A stretch of DNA of 64,000 nucleotides, from contig CAWDVE010000022.1 of the NCBI GenBank assembly GCA_963805625.1, forward strand, positions 1 through 64,000, given 5' to 3'. The DNA comes from an uncultured Candidatus Rokubacteria bacterium. GTDB lineage: Bacteria > Methylomirabilota > Methylomirabilia > Rokubacteriales > DASRDR01. Below the pieces are notes generated by a model, which worked only from the letters and a program-made list of their open reading frames with translations, was not told the origin of the DNA and made no database searches. The translations under genes and the position numbers were made by a program. This document shows, in pieces, positions 10,629-20,276 of this stretch (position 1 is its first letter; every line of letters begins with the position of its first letter).

Positions 10629-11716
10629 CCGGCGACGAGCTGATGGTAGGCGCCTTCGGCGACGCGATCCCAGGGGCCCACGAGCGCCTGGAATTTCGTG
10701 AAGGACGCGTGCACCTTCCGGGTCATGGGCGTCTTCTCGGATTCCTCCTTGACAACCTCGGCCGCGAGCTTCCTGAGATCGCGCAGCACTCGCACCGGGA
10801 GCTGAAGAATCTCGACCTTGCCCTTGAACTCGGTCTTGAGCCGCTCGAGCGCGATCGCGTTCTTCGTGTGGTGCTCCGTGCCGCCGTAGACCTGGACGGC
10901 GGCCGCGGCATGGTCGAGCGTCCGCCGGAGATCGATCGGCAGAGCCTCGTACGCCTTCTTGTTGAAGCCGAAGTCGAGCATCGTGCCTGGCTCGTGCCAG
11001 CCCGGGTAATAGTAGTAGCGCGCGGTCCTGTGCAGGCCGATCTGCATGTCGTAGTGCGGGCCGATCCATTCAGCGGTGTCGATCACGCCCCGCTCGAGTG
11101 CGGCGTAGATCTCGCTGCCCGGGGTGAGAACTGTCGTGGCGCCGGCCCTCGCGTAGACCTTGCCGCCGAGGCTCACGATCCGCATCCTGAGCCCCTTGAA
11201 GTCGCCGGTTGTGTTGATCTTCTTCCGGAACCACCCGGCCATCTGGGGGGAATCGGCCATGGCTGGACGAGGGACGATGTTGAAGGCGCCGTACGCCTCC
11301 TCCGCGAGCTTGAGCCCGTCGCCCTGGTAGAACCACGCGGCCATGCCCTCGGGGTTCATGCCGAACGGGATGGTAGCGAACCACTCGATCGCCGGTTCCT
11401 TCACGCTCCAGTACTGCGGCGACCCCATGAACGCCTCGATGGTGCCCTTGGAGGTGGCGTCGAAGCACTCGAACGGAGGTATGATCTGACCGCCCGGGAA
11501 GACCTCGATCCGGAACCGTCCTCCGCTCGTCTCCTCGACGACCGTGGCCAGCCGCTCGGCGGCACCTTGGATCACGTCGAAGGTCGCGGTAAAGGTCGTG
11601 GACATGCGCCACTGGACCTTCGGCTGGGCGATGAGGTGCGGGGCGTCGACGACGGCGGCCGCTCCCGCGGCTGCCAACGCCCCCCCGGCTGTAACGATGA
11701 ATCGGCGTCGTTGCAT
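10625..11716 (-). CDS. TRAP transporter substrate-binding protein (DctP/TakP-like), Tat signal
   Basis: MQRRRF Tat motif; KVQWRMST, QMAGWFRKKI, ALERGVID..EW, YYYYPGWHEPG. Confidence 0.92.
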   Translation of the reverse strand: MQRRRFIVTAGGALAAAGAAAVVDAPHLIAQPKVQWRMSTTFTATFDVIQGAAERLATVVEETSGGRFRIEVFPGGQIIPPFECFDATSKGTIEAFMGSPQYWSVKEPAIEWFATIPFGMNPEGMAAWFYQGDGLKLAEEAYGAFNIVPRPAMADSPQMAGWFRKKINTTGDFKGLRMRIVSLGGKVYARAGATTVLTPGSEIYAALERGVIDTAEWIGPHYDMQIGLHRTARYYYYPGWHEPGTMLDFGFNKKAYEALPIDLRRTLDHAAAAVQVYGGTEHHTKNAIALERLKTEFKGKVEILQLPVRVLRDLRKLAAEVVKEESEKTPMTRKVHASFTKFQALVGPWDRVAEGAYHQLVAG

Positions 11717-11776
11717 GTATGGAGCCTCCCTCTCACGCGAAGGGGCGCGCCCGGTCCATGGCGACTGGGTCTCCGC

Positions 11777-12871
11777 TCAGGGTGTCACGAGCTGATGGTA
11801 GGCGCCTTCGGCGACGTGGTCCCACGGGCCCACCAGCGCCTGGAACTTCGTGAAGGACGCGTGCACCTTCCGGGCCATTGGCGTTTTCTCGGATTCGTCG
11901 CGGACGACCTCTGCCGACAGCTTCCTGAGATCACGGAGCACCGGAAGGGGGAGCTGGAGCACCTCGACTTTGCCTTTGAACTCCCCCCGGAGGCGCTCGA
12001 GCGCGATTGCATTCTTGGTGTGGTAGTCCGTGAGGCCATAGACCTGGACGGCCGCAGCGGCGTGGTCGAGCGTCCGCTGCAGGTCGACCGGAAGCGCCTC
12101 GTACGCCTTCTTGTTGAAGCCGAAGTTGAGCGTGGAACCGGGTTCGTGCCAGCCCGGATAGTAGTAGTACCGCGCGGTATTTTGAAGCCCGAGCTTCATG
12201 TCGTCATGCGGCGCGATCCATTCGCTGGCGTCGATGACGCCCCGTTCGAGGGCGGCGTAGATCTCGCTGCCCGGGGTAAGCACCGTCGTGCCGCCTGCTC
12301 TAGCGATGACCTTGCCGCCGAGGGGCGCGCCCATGCGCATCTTGAGACCCTTGTAGTCGCCGATCGTGGTGATCTTCTTCCGGAACCATCCGGCCATCTG
12401 CGGGGCAACCGCCGTGGCGGGGCGCGGCACGAGGTTGAAAGCGGCGTACGTCTCCTCCATGAGCTTGAGCCCGTCACCCTGGTAGCACCAGGCGGCCATG
12501 CCTTGGGGGTTCATGCCAAATGGGATGGTCGTGAACCACTCCATCGCGGGCTCTCTGTCAGTCCAGTATTGCCCCGACCCCATGAACGCTTCGATCTTGC
12601 CCTGGGAGGCGGCGTCGAAGCACGCAAACGGAGGCATGATCTGGCCGGCGGGGTAGACCTCGATCCGGAACCGCCCGCCGCTCATCTCGTCGACGATCTT
12701 CGCCAGTCTCAGGGCCGCCCCGTGGTGCATGTCGAAGACCGCGGTAAACGCCGTGGACATACGCCACTGGACCTTCGGCTGCGCGATGACACGCGGCGCG
12801 TCGACGACGACGGCCGTCCCCGCGGCTACCAGCGTGCCGCCAGTTTTCACGAGGAATCGGCGTCGTTGCAC
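11777..12871 (-). CDS. TRAP transporter substrate-binding protein (DctP/TakP-like), paralog 2
   Basis: Highly similar to 10625-11716; GTG start VQRRRF with an AGGAAGG RBS. Confidence 0.92.
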   Translation of the reverse strand: MQRRRFLVKTGGTLVAAGTAVVVDAPRVIAQPKVQWRMSTAFTAVFDMHHGAALRLAKIVDEMSGGRFRIEVYPAGQIMPPFACFDAASQGKIEAFMGSGQYWTDREPAMEWFTTIPFGMNPQGMAAWCYQGDGLKLMEETYAAFNLVPRPATAVAPQMAGWFRKKITTIGDYKGLKMRMGAPLGGKVIARAGGTTVLTPGSEIYAALERGVIDASEWIAPHDDMKLGLQNTARYYYYPGWHEPGSTLNFGFNKKAYEALPVDLQRTLDHAAAAVQVYGLTDYHTKNAIALERLRGEFKGKVEVLQLPLPVLRDLRKLSAEVVRDESEKTPMARKVHASFTKFQALVGPWDHVAEGAYHQLVTP

Positions 12872-12932
12872 GGTATCGAGCCTTCCTTTCACGCGAAGGG
12901 ACGAGTGCGGTCCATGGCTACTTGGTCCCTGC

Positions 12933-13472
12933 TCACCCCGCCACGAGCTGGTGGTAGGCGCCTTCAGCGACGCGGTCCCAGGGACCGACGAGCGCCTGGA
13001 ACTTCGTGAAGGACGCGTGCACCTTCCGGGCCATGGGCGTCTTCTCGGATTCTTCCTTGATAACCTCGGCGGCCAGCTTCTTCAGATCGCGCAGCACCGG
13101 CACCGGAGTCTGCACTAGCTCGACCTTTCCTTTGAACTCCGCTTTGAGGCGCTCGAGTGCGGTGGCGTTCTTCGCGTGGAAGGTCGTGAGACCATAGACC
13201 TGCATCGCTGCGGTGGCGTGGTCCAGCGTTCGCCGCAGATCCACCGGGCCTCCCGCGAAGACCTCGATCTGAAAGCGCCCGCCGCTCATCTCCTCGACGA
13301 CCTTCGCGAATTGTTCGGCGATGCGCTGGACGTCGAGCGAGCGAGCCCAGGCCGTGGACATCCGCCACTGCACCTTTGGCTGCGCGATGACGTTCGGGGC
13401 ATCGACGACGACGGCCGCCCCCGCGGCCGCCAGGGCCCCTCCGGCCTTCACGAGGAATCGGCGTCGCTTCAT
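12933..13472 (-). pseudogene. TRAP binding-protein paralog 3 with an in-frame internal deletion of about 183 codons
   Basis: IEVFAGG joins directly to PVDLRRTLDH (junction about 13248); both ends match the paralogs. Confidence 0.8.
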
Positions 13473-13719
13473 CGAGGCTACCTCCGCTCCAGCTGGGTGG
13501 AGGGCAAACCCAGGGTTGGCCACAAGACGACCCTTCGTGCGGGGAAGACGCTCGCCGCGGACGGAGCCTCCATCGTCACCTCCCCCGCCTGTCGGTCACG
13601 CGGTGTGGGACGACGCAGCACGGGACGATCTCGGCCGAGTGCCGAGCCGCCCCACAATACTCCAAGTCCGAGGTCCCGCGTCAGTAGGGTGCCCGCGCCC
13701 ATTCCGGGAATAGGCGCGA

Positions 13720-14586
13720 TCACCGGCGGTAGCGGCGCTGGACCAGCACGTTCGACGCCACGGTGAGGACGAGCGTGGCCGTCATCAGGACGAAGGCGAG
13801 GGCGGCCCCGAACGGCCAGTTGTTGAGGCCGGCGAACTGGCCGTAGACGACCGGTCCCATCATCTGGAAGCGGGGACCGCCGAGGAGGACGGGGGTCGCG
13901 TACGCGTTCATCCCGAGGATAAACGTGAGGATCGTGCCGGCCAGGATGCCCGGCATCGCCAGGGGCCAGATCACCCGCCGGAACGTGGCGAGAGGCCCCG
14001 CGCCGAGGCTCAAGGCCGCCTCCTCGAGCGCGGGGTCGATGCCCTCGATGACCGCCTGGAGCGTCAGGACCATGAACGGCAGGTTGACGGCCGTGATGCC
14101 GATGATCACGGCGGTCTCGGTGTACATGAGCTGGATCGGGGCGGCGATCAGCCCGAGTGCGCCGAGCACGCTGTTGACGACGCCCTTGCTGCCGAACATG
14201 ACCATCCAGCCCGCCGCGCGGACGGCGTTCCCCACGAAGAGCGGCAGCACGACCAGCATGATCAGCAAGCTCTTCCACCGGACGCGGGTCCGGGCGAGCC
14301 AGTAGGCGAGGGGGAAGCCCGCCACCAGGCAGAGCAGCATGCACACCCCGGCGACGCGGAGCGTCCGGGCCAGGACCGCGAGGTAGAAGGGATCGGTGGC
14401 GAACTTGACGTAGTTCTCGGCCGTGAGCGCCTCGACCATGAACTTGCCGGGGACGAAGCGGTTCAGGCTGTACCGGAAGAGGAGCGCGATCGGCAGCAGG
14501 AGGCCGACCACGACGACGGCGGCCGCCGGCCAGACGAGGGGCGCCGCGACCGGGCGGCGGGACGCCGCCCGGTCGGACCCCGACAA
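13720..14586 (-). CDS. ABC transporter permease (PotB-like)
   Basis: EAA loop LEEAALSLGAG...FRRVIWPLAMPG; NWPFGAALA. Confidence 0.9.
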   Translation of the reverse strand: MSGSDRAASRRPVAAPLVWPAAAVVVVGLLLPIALLFRYSLNRFVPGKFMVEALTAENYVKFATDPFYLAVLARTLRVAGVCMLLCLVAGFPLAYWLARTRVRWKSLLIMLVVLPLFVGNAVRAAGWMVMFGSKGVVNSVLGALGLIAAPIQLMYTETAVIIGITAVNLPFMVLTLQAVIEGIDPALEEAALSLGAGPLATFRRVIWPLAMPGILAGTILTFILGMNAYATPVLLGGPRFQMMGPVVYGQFAGLNNWPFGAALAFVLMTATLVLTVASNVLVQRRYRR

Positions 14587-14608
14587 GACGTCTACACCCT
14601 CGCCCGGC

Positions 14609-15682
14609 TCACCCCTTGAAGGTCTTGTCCCACCATTCCTTCAGGGCCGAGTCGTTCTTGGCGATGTAGTCGTAATTGGGCGTGAGCAGCTTGGCCTGCT
14701 CGTCCTTCGTGAACGCGACGCGCTTCGCGATGGCGTCGGGCAGCTTGGCGTTGTCGACGGTCGGGTTGTACCCCATGGTCTCCCCGAACGCGAGCTGGGC
14801 GGTCGGGTCGAGCATCGCGTCGAGGTACCCGTACGCGGCGGCCTTGTTCTGGGCGTTCTTCGGCATGACGAAGTCGGACACATAGAGGGGGACGCCTTCC
14901 TTGGGGGCAACCATCTGGATCGGGACGCCGGCGTTCTGCCACATGACCCCGCGCGCCTTCCACATGATGCAGAGCCCCACCTCGCCGTTCTGGAGCGCCT
15001 GGGCCATGGCCTCGTTGGTCGGGTACATCTTCACGCCCATCTTCTTCAGGTCGAGAAGCGGCGCCTTGGCCGGCTCGAAGTTGTCGACGCTCCCGCCCCC
15101 GACGAGCGCGGCGGCCAGGAGGGTGAACACGTACTGGATGTCGATGACGCCCACCTTGCCCTGGTGCTTCGGATCCCAGAGGTCCTTGAACGAGGTCGGC
15201 GCCGGGCTGATCATCGCCGGGTTGTAGAGGACGACCTTGCCGCTGTAGATGTGGCCGACGGAGTACTTGGTCTTCATCGGCGCGAGGAGGTGCTTCGAAT
15301 TCGGGATCTTCCCGTAGTCGAGCTCCTCGAGGACGCCGGCCTGCCACATCTCGTAGGAGCCGGCCGCGGAGAGGGCCTGGAGGTCCGTCGTGCCCCGCGG
15401 GAGCCGCTTCTCGGCGACGAGCTTCGCGCGGCGCTGGGAGTCCCCGGCGATGTCCTGGACGACCTCGATCCCCTTGGGCTTCAGGATCGGGGTCTCGACG
15501 TTCTGCGTGAGGAGCTTCGCGTAGTCGCCGCCCCAGGTGCCGACGACCATCTTGCCGTCGGCGGCCGCGTGGCGGGGCGGGAGGCCGCCGAGCGCGGCGC
15601 CGGCCGCGACGCCCAGGCCCCGGACGAAGGTCCGGCGGGAGAGCGAATCCGGAGTGCGGCGATCGGATGCAACGTGGCGCAT
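14609..15682 (-). CDS. ABC substrate-binding protein (PotD / SBP_bac_6-8-like), Tat signal
   Basis: SRRTFV Tat motif, TWGGDY, SFKDLWDP, PKEG; AAGGAGG RBS before the ATG at 15682. Confidence 0.88.
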   Translation of the reverse strand: MRHVASDRRTPDSLSRRTFVRGLGVAAGAALGGLPPRHAAADGKMVVGTWGGDYAKLLTQNVETPILKPKGIEVVQDIAGDSQRRAKLVAEKRLPRGTTDLQALSAAGSYEMWQAGVLEELDYGKIPNSKHLLAPMKTKYSVGHIYSGKVVLYNPAMISPAPTSFKDLWDPKHQGKVGVIDIQYVFTLLAAALVGGGSVDNFEPAKAPLLDLKKMGVKMYPTNEAMAQALQNGEVGLCIMWKARGVMWQNAGVPIQMVAPKEGVPLYVSDFVMPKNAQNKAAAYGYLDAMLDPTAQLAFGETMGYNPTVDNAKLPDAIAKRVAFTKDEQAKLLTPNYDYIAKNDSALKEWWDKTFKG

Positions 15683-15732
15683 GGCTGAATCCTCCTTCAT
15701 GAGGGTTGCCGTGGTGGTCGGGGGGCGCAGGG

Positions 15733-16803
15733 TCATGCCTCGTCAGGGAGAACGAGCCCGGCCTCCGGCGGCCAGGTCAGGTGGACGGTCTCGCCGGGGC
15801 GGAACACCCGGGCGCCCGCGGCCCCGGTGTTGGGCGCGTGGACGCGCACCAGATCGCCCGAGTGGAGGCGGACGTAGTACTCGACGACGGCGCCGAGGTA
15901 GGAGACGAGCTCGACGGTGCCGGGCAGCGTGTTCCCGGCCCCGAGCCGGGGCCCCGCGGCGATCGTGACGCGCTCGGGCCGGAGCGCCAGGGTGTGCCGG
16001 GCGCCGTCCGGCGTCCCGTTCGCCACCTGGAGCGCGAGGCCTCCGTCGGTCTCGAACCGGCCCGAGGCGGCGAGCCGGCCGGGGAAGAAGTTCGTCCGCC
16101 CGACGAAGCCGGCGACAAAGCGGTTCACCGGCAGGTCGTAGAGCTCCTGCTGGGTTCCGATCTGCTGGATCACGCCGTTCGACATCACGACCAGGCGGTC
16201 GGCCATGGTCAGCGCCTCCTCTTGGTCGTGCGTGACCATCAGGGTCGTGAGCCCGAGGGTGCGCTGGAGCTGGCGGATCTCGACCCGCACCTCCTCGCGG
16301 AGCTTGGCGTCGAGATTCGAGAGCGGCTCGTCGAGGAGGAGCAGCTCCGGCTCGATGACGAGCGCGCGGGCGAGCGCCACGCGCTGCTGCTGGCCGCCCG
16401 ACAGCTCGCGCGGGAGGCGGTCCCCGAGCCCCTCGAGGCGGACCAGCCGGAGCGCCTCGGTGACCTTCTCCCGGATGGCGGCGGCCGCGAGGCCGCGCAT
16501 CTCGAGCCCGAAGGCGACGTTCTGGGCGGCCGTGAGGTGGGGGAAGAGGGCGTAACCCTGGAAGACGAGCCCGGTGTTCCGCCGGTAGGGCGGGAGCGCG
16601 GTGATGTCACGGTCGCCGAGCCGGACGCGGCCCGCCGTCGGCTCGACGAACCCACCGATCATGCGGAGGGTCGTCGTCTTGCCGCAGCCGCTGGGCCCGA
16701 GGAGGACGACCAGCTCGCCCTGCTCGATCGCCAGCGAGACGTCGCGGACGACCCAGTGCTCGTCGTAGCGCTTCGACAGCCCCTCGAGGACGAGCCGCGA
16801 CAC
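15733..16803 (-). CDS. ABC ATP-binding protein (PotA-like, with TOBE domain)
   Basis: GPSGCGKTT, LSGGQQQRVALARA, LLLDEP, VTHDQEEA. Confidence 0.92.
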   Translation of the reverse strand: MSRLVLEGLSKRYDEHWVVRDVSLAIEQGELVVLLGPSGCGKTTTLRMIGGFVEPTAGRVRLGDRDITALPPYRRNTGLVFQGYALFPHLTAAQNVAFGLEMRGLAAAAIREKVTEALRLVRLEGLGDRLPRELSGGQQQRVALARALVIEPELLLLDEPLSNLDAKLREEVRVEIRQLQRTLGLTTLMVTHDQEEALTMADRLVVMSNGVIQQIGTQQELYDLPVNRFVAGFVGRTNFFPGRLAASGRFETDGGLALQVANGTPDGARHTLALRPERVTIAAGPRLGAGNTLPGTVELVSYLGAVVEYYVRLHSGDLVRVHAPNTGAAGARVFRPGETVHLTWPPEAGLVLPDEA

Positions 16804-16808
16804 GGCGG

Positions 16809-17633
16809 TCAGAGCACCGTGGCCAGCCGGACGTAGCGGTCCGTCAGGACCATGCCGGCGGCGACGATCAGGATCTGGAGGAAGGACACCGCCGCGATGA
16901 CGGGATCGATGCGCCACTCGAGGTACTGGAGGATCGCGATCGGCAGGGTGGTGCGTCCCGGGCCCACCAGGAACAGCGACATCTCGAGGTTCCCGAAGGA
17001 GATGATGAAGCCGAACAGGGCGGCGGCGACCAGGCCCGGCCGGATGAGTGGGAGCGTGATGCGGCGGAACGTCGCCCACGGGGTCGCCCCCAGCGAGAGC
17101 GCCGCCTCCTCGACGGAGCGGTCCAACCCCGCGAGGCTGGCGGTGACCAGGCGGACGGTCCACGGGATCGTGATGAGGACGTGGGCGAGGACGAGGCCCG
17201 GGAGCGACGCCACGAGGGGGAGCGTCGTCAGGATCTCGGCCTCGACCTGGAAGACGTAGATCGCCGTGCCGGCGACGATCCCCGGCACCACCAGCGGGAG
17301 CAGGAGGAGCGTGTTGAGCGTCTCCCGGCCGCGGAAGCGGTGGCGCGCGAGCGCGAGGCTCGCCGGCACCCCGATCCCGAGCCCCGCCAGCATGGCAAAG
17401 ACCCCCACCTGGAGGCTCATCAGGAACCCGTCGACGAAGTTCCGCTGGTCGAGGATGGCCCGGAACCAGCGGAGGGTGTAGCCCTCCGGCGGAAAGGAGA
17501 CGACCGCGTTCCGGAAGAAGGCCAGCCAGGAGATCAGGACGAGCGGCAGGAGGATGTAGCCGAGGGCGAGGCCTGCCGCGGCACGAAGGACGAGTCGGCC
17601 CGCGGTCGATCGGGTCGCGGGCTCGGCCGTCAT
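16809..17633 (-). CDS. ABC transporter permease (PotC-like)
   Basis: FPPEGYTLRWF, VEEAALSLGA, TTLPIAI; ATGA overlap with the amidohydrolase stop. Confidence 0.9.
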   Translation of the reverse strand: MTAEPATRSTAGRLVLRAAAGLALGYILLPLVLISWLAFFRNAVVSFPPEGYTLRWFRAILDQRNFVDGFLMSLQVGVFAMLAGLGIGVPASLALARHRFRGRETLNTLLLLPLVVPGIVAGTAIYVFQVEAEILTTLPLVASLPGLVLAHVLITIPWTVRLVTASLAGLDRSVEEAALSLGATPWATFRRITLPLIRPGLVAAALFGFIISFGNLEMSLFLVGPGRTTLPIAILQYLEWRIDPVIAAVSFLQILIVAAGMVLTDRYVRLATVL

Positions 17634-18871
17634 CCGGCGCCCAGGCGGTTTCGGTGGAAGCGCCCGCCCTGCATCACCACCGGAATGTGCGCGCCCTGGT
17701 CCTGGAAGACACTCAGGTCCTTCAGCGGGTTGCCGTCGACGACCAGGAGATCGGCGAGAGCACCCGGGGCGATCATCCCGAGCTCGCCCGCGCGGCCGAG
17801 GAGCTCGGCCCCGACGATCGTCGCCGAGTGGATGATCTCGCGCGGGCTGAGCGCCTCGCCCCGCAGGAGTAACTCCTTCGACTGGTCCGGTTGGAGCTGG
17901 CCGAGGAGATCCGACCCGAAGGCCATGCGGACGCCCGCCCGCTTGGCGAGCTCGAGCGAGCGGAGACCCGCCTCCAGGACGACCTTGTTCTTCTCGAGGC
18001 TCTCGGGACCCATGCCGAACTCGGCCGCGTGGCGGTTGATCGCGTCGTAGGCGACGAGCGTGGGGACCAGGAACGCCTCCTTCTTGGCCATGAGCTTTGC
18101 CGTGGGCGCGTCGATTAGGTTCCCATGCTCGATCACCCGCACCCCGCACTCGACCGCGCGGGCGATCGCGTTCGCCGGGTAGGAGTGAGCGCAGACGTAG
18201 CGCTTGAAGGCGGTGGCCTCCTCGACAGCAGCGCGGATCTCGTCGGTGGAGTACTGGAGGCTGTCGAGCGGGTCGTAGGGTGACGCCACGCCGCCCGACA
18301 CCATGATCTTGATGTGATCGGCGCCCTGACGGAGCTGCTCGCGGACGGCCCGCCGCACCTCGGTCACGCCGTCGGCGATCGCCATGGTGAACGCCATGGC
18401 ATTCTCCGTGGGACAGCCGCCCCCGAGGTCGGTCCGCCGGCGCGGGTCGCTGTGACCGCTGGTCTGGCCGATCGCGCGTCCCGCGATGAACAGGCGGGGC
18501 CCGGGGAGATACCCGCGCTCGACCGCCTCCCGGATGCCCCAGTCCGCGCCGCCCGTGTCGCGCACCGTCGTGAAGCCGCGGTCCAGCATGGCGCGCATGA
18601 GGGGGGCCGCCCGCGCCGTGAGGAGGGTGAGGGGCACGGCCTCGAGCGCCCGGATGTTGACCTCCGGGAGGAACACGTGGACGTGGCAGTCGATCAGGCC
18701 CGGCATGAGGGTCTGACCGCCCACGTCGACGACGGTCGCACCGGACGTGCGGATCGGCCGGGGCGACACCTCCCGGATCCGCGAGCCCTCGACGAGGACG
18801 GCGACACCGTCCTGGAGATCGGCCTTCGTCGGATCGAGGAGCTTCGCGTTCTTGAACAGGGTCAGGGGCAT
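17630..18871 (-). CDS. Metal-dependent amidohydrolase (Xaa-Pro dipeptidase-like)
   Basis: PGLIDCHVH, GFTTVRDTGG, IKIMVSGG, AH, IEHG, FGSD, ADLLVVDGNPL. Confidence 0.9.
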   Translation of the reverse strand: MPLTLFKNAKLLDPTKADLQDGVAVLVEGSRIREVSPRPIRTSGATVVDVGGQTLMPGLIDCHVHVFLPEVNIRALEAVPLTLLTARAAPLMRAMLDRGFTTVRDTGGADWGIREAVERGYLPGPRLFIAGRAIGQTSGHSDPRRRTDLGGGCPTENAMAFTMAIADGVTEVRRAVREQLRQGADHIKIMVSGGVASPYDPLDSLQYSTDEIRAAVEEATAFKRYVCAHSYPANAIARAVECGVRVIEHGNLIDAPTAKLMAKKEAFLVPTLVAYDAINRHAAEFGMGPESLEKNKVVLEAGLRSLELAKRAGVRMAFGSDLLGQLQPDQSKELLLRGEALSPREIIHSATIVGAELLGRAGELGMIAPGALADLLVVDGNPLKDLSVFQDQGAHIPVVMQGGRFHRNRLGAG

Positions 18872-19086
18872 CGGACGGCTCCTTTCGGGTCGATGGCCGG
18901 CCCGCGCGACCCGGGCACGCCGGCATTGTCCGCCAGGGACGTTCCGGGGCGCAACGGGCGGTGGATCGCGGCCGTGGCGTGGCCCGCGAGGCCCTTGACA
19001 GTGTCCAGCGCCCCGCGGACACTCGGCGCAACCGCCGGCAGGACACGCGGCGCGACGCCGACCCGCGAGAGGAGCCGCAAGACCGG

Positions 19087-20244
19087 ATGTCCAGGATCGC
19101 GGGTCCCCTCACGATTTCGATGTTCCTCGGGAGCTTCGCCTGGTCGTTCGCCTTCATCAGCCTGCCCTTCTACATCCAGTCGATCAGCCCCTACGACCCC
19201 GCGACGACGCTTCGCTGGGCCGGATGGATCCTCGGCGTCTCGTCGCTAGTCACCGTGCTGACCAGCCCCGCGTGGGGCCGCGTGGGAGAGCGCGGCGATC
19301 CCCGGGCCCAGTACCTCCTGGTCCAGGTCTTCCAGGGGGTGGCGTTCATGGGGATGGCGATTGCCCACACGCTCCCGCAGCTCCTCGTCGCCCGGCTCAT
19401 CCTGGGCGCGATGGGCGCGGCGTCGACGCTCGCGTTCATCATCGCGGGCCGGCGCTCCGATCCCGCGGAGGTGCGCCGTGAGGTGGCGGCGGTGCAGCTC
19501 GCGATGACCATGGGGCAGGTGCTGGGCCCGCTGGGCGGCGCGATGGCCGCGGCGCGCGTCGGGTTCCGGCCGTCGTTCGTGCTCGGCGGCGTTATCCTGC
19601 TCGGGTCGGCGGCATTCGTGCACTGGGGGGTGCGCCTCCCGGCTCACCTGGAGCGCCCGCGAGTCCCGCCGGGGCCGGTGCGGGTGCTCGACCTCGTCAC
19701 GCCGGTGGCGCTCGTCCTGGCGGTGTCGAACCAGCTCTTCTTCCTCACGGCGGTGCTGCCCGAGGTCCTGCCCGGCCTGGGCGTGGGGCCCGAGCGCGTG
19801 GTGGAGGTTGGTGGCCTTCTGGTCTTCGTCTCGGCCGTGGCCGCCGGCCTGGGGGCGCTCGCGACGCCGCGTCTCGCCGTGCTGCTGCCGGAGGGGCCGC
19901 TGATCGCGGTCCTGCTGGTGTCCTCCGGAATCCTGATGGGGACGATGGCGCTCCCGCACAGCGCGTGGGGCTACGCAGCCGTCCGGTTCCTCCAGGTCCT
20001 GTGCGCCGCCCCGATCTTCCCGCTCGTGGTGGCCCGGACCGCGCAGCATGGGAGCGGCGGCGCGATCGGGGTCATCAACTCGGCCCGGATCGGCGGCTCG
20101 TTCATCGGGCCCGTGCTTGCCACCTCGATTCTCTCGGTGTCGTCCCCGGCGGTGCTCTACGTGACGCTCGGCCTCGCCTGCCTGGCTTGCGTGCCTCTCG
20201 CCCTGGGACAGTGGGCCCGGCCCGGCGGCCGTAGAGGCGTGTAG
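19087..20244 (+). CDS. MFS transporter
   Basis: About 12 hydrophobic segments; WGRVGERG motif A-like; GQVLGPLGG. Confidence 0.85.
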   Translation: MSRIAGPLTISMFLGSFAWSFAFISLPFYIQSISPYDPATTLRWAGWILGVSSLVTVLTSPAWGRVGERGDPRAQYLLVQVFQGVAFMGMAIAHTLPQLLVARLILGAMGAASTLAFIIAGRRSDPAEVRREVAAVQLAMTMGQVLGPLGGAMAAARVGFRPSFVLGGVILLGSAAFVHWGVRLPAHLERPRVPPGPVRVLDLVTPVALVLAVSNQLFFLTAVLPEVLPGLGVGPERVVEVGGLLVFVSAVAAGLGALATPRLAVLLPEGPLIAVLLVSSGILMGTMALPHSAWGYAAVRFLQVLCAAPIFPLVVARTAQHGSGGAIGVINSARIGGSFIGPVLATSILSVSSPAVLYVTLGLACLACVPLALGQWARPGGRRGV

Positions 20245-20276
20245 AAAGCCTCACTGTCTGTGCGGCGCGGAGTCTT

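Noticed and set aside
10643-13009. 788-aa plus-strand ORF and other long antisense ORFs (20625-22868, 29533-31326, 40241-42151, 49297-51243)
   Set aside because: Shadow frames of real genes in high-GC DNA, with no recognisable motifs.
16809-19157. 782-aa ORF and similar N-terminally extended calls (9642-11069, 40214-42904, 55178-56398, 26696-28471)
   Set aside because: The extensions are off-frame read-throughs of neighbouring genes; only part of each ORF is coding.
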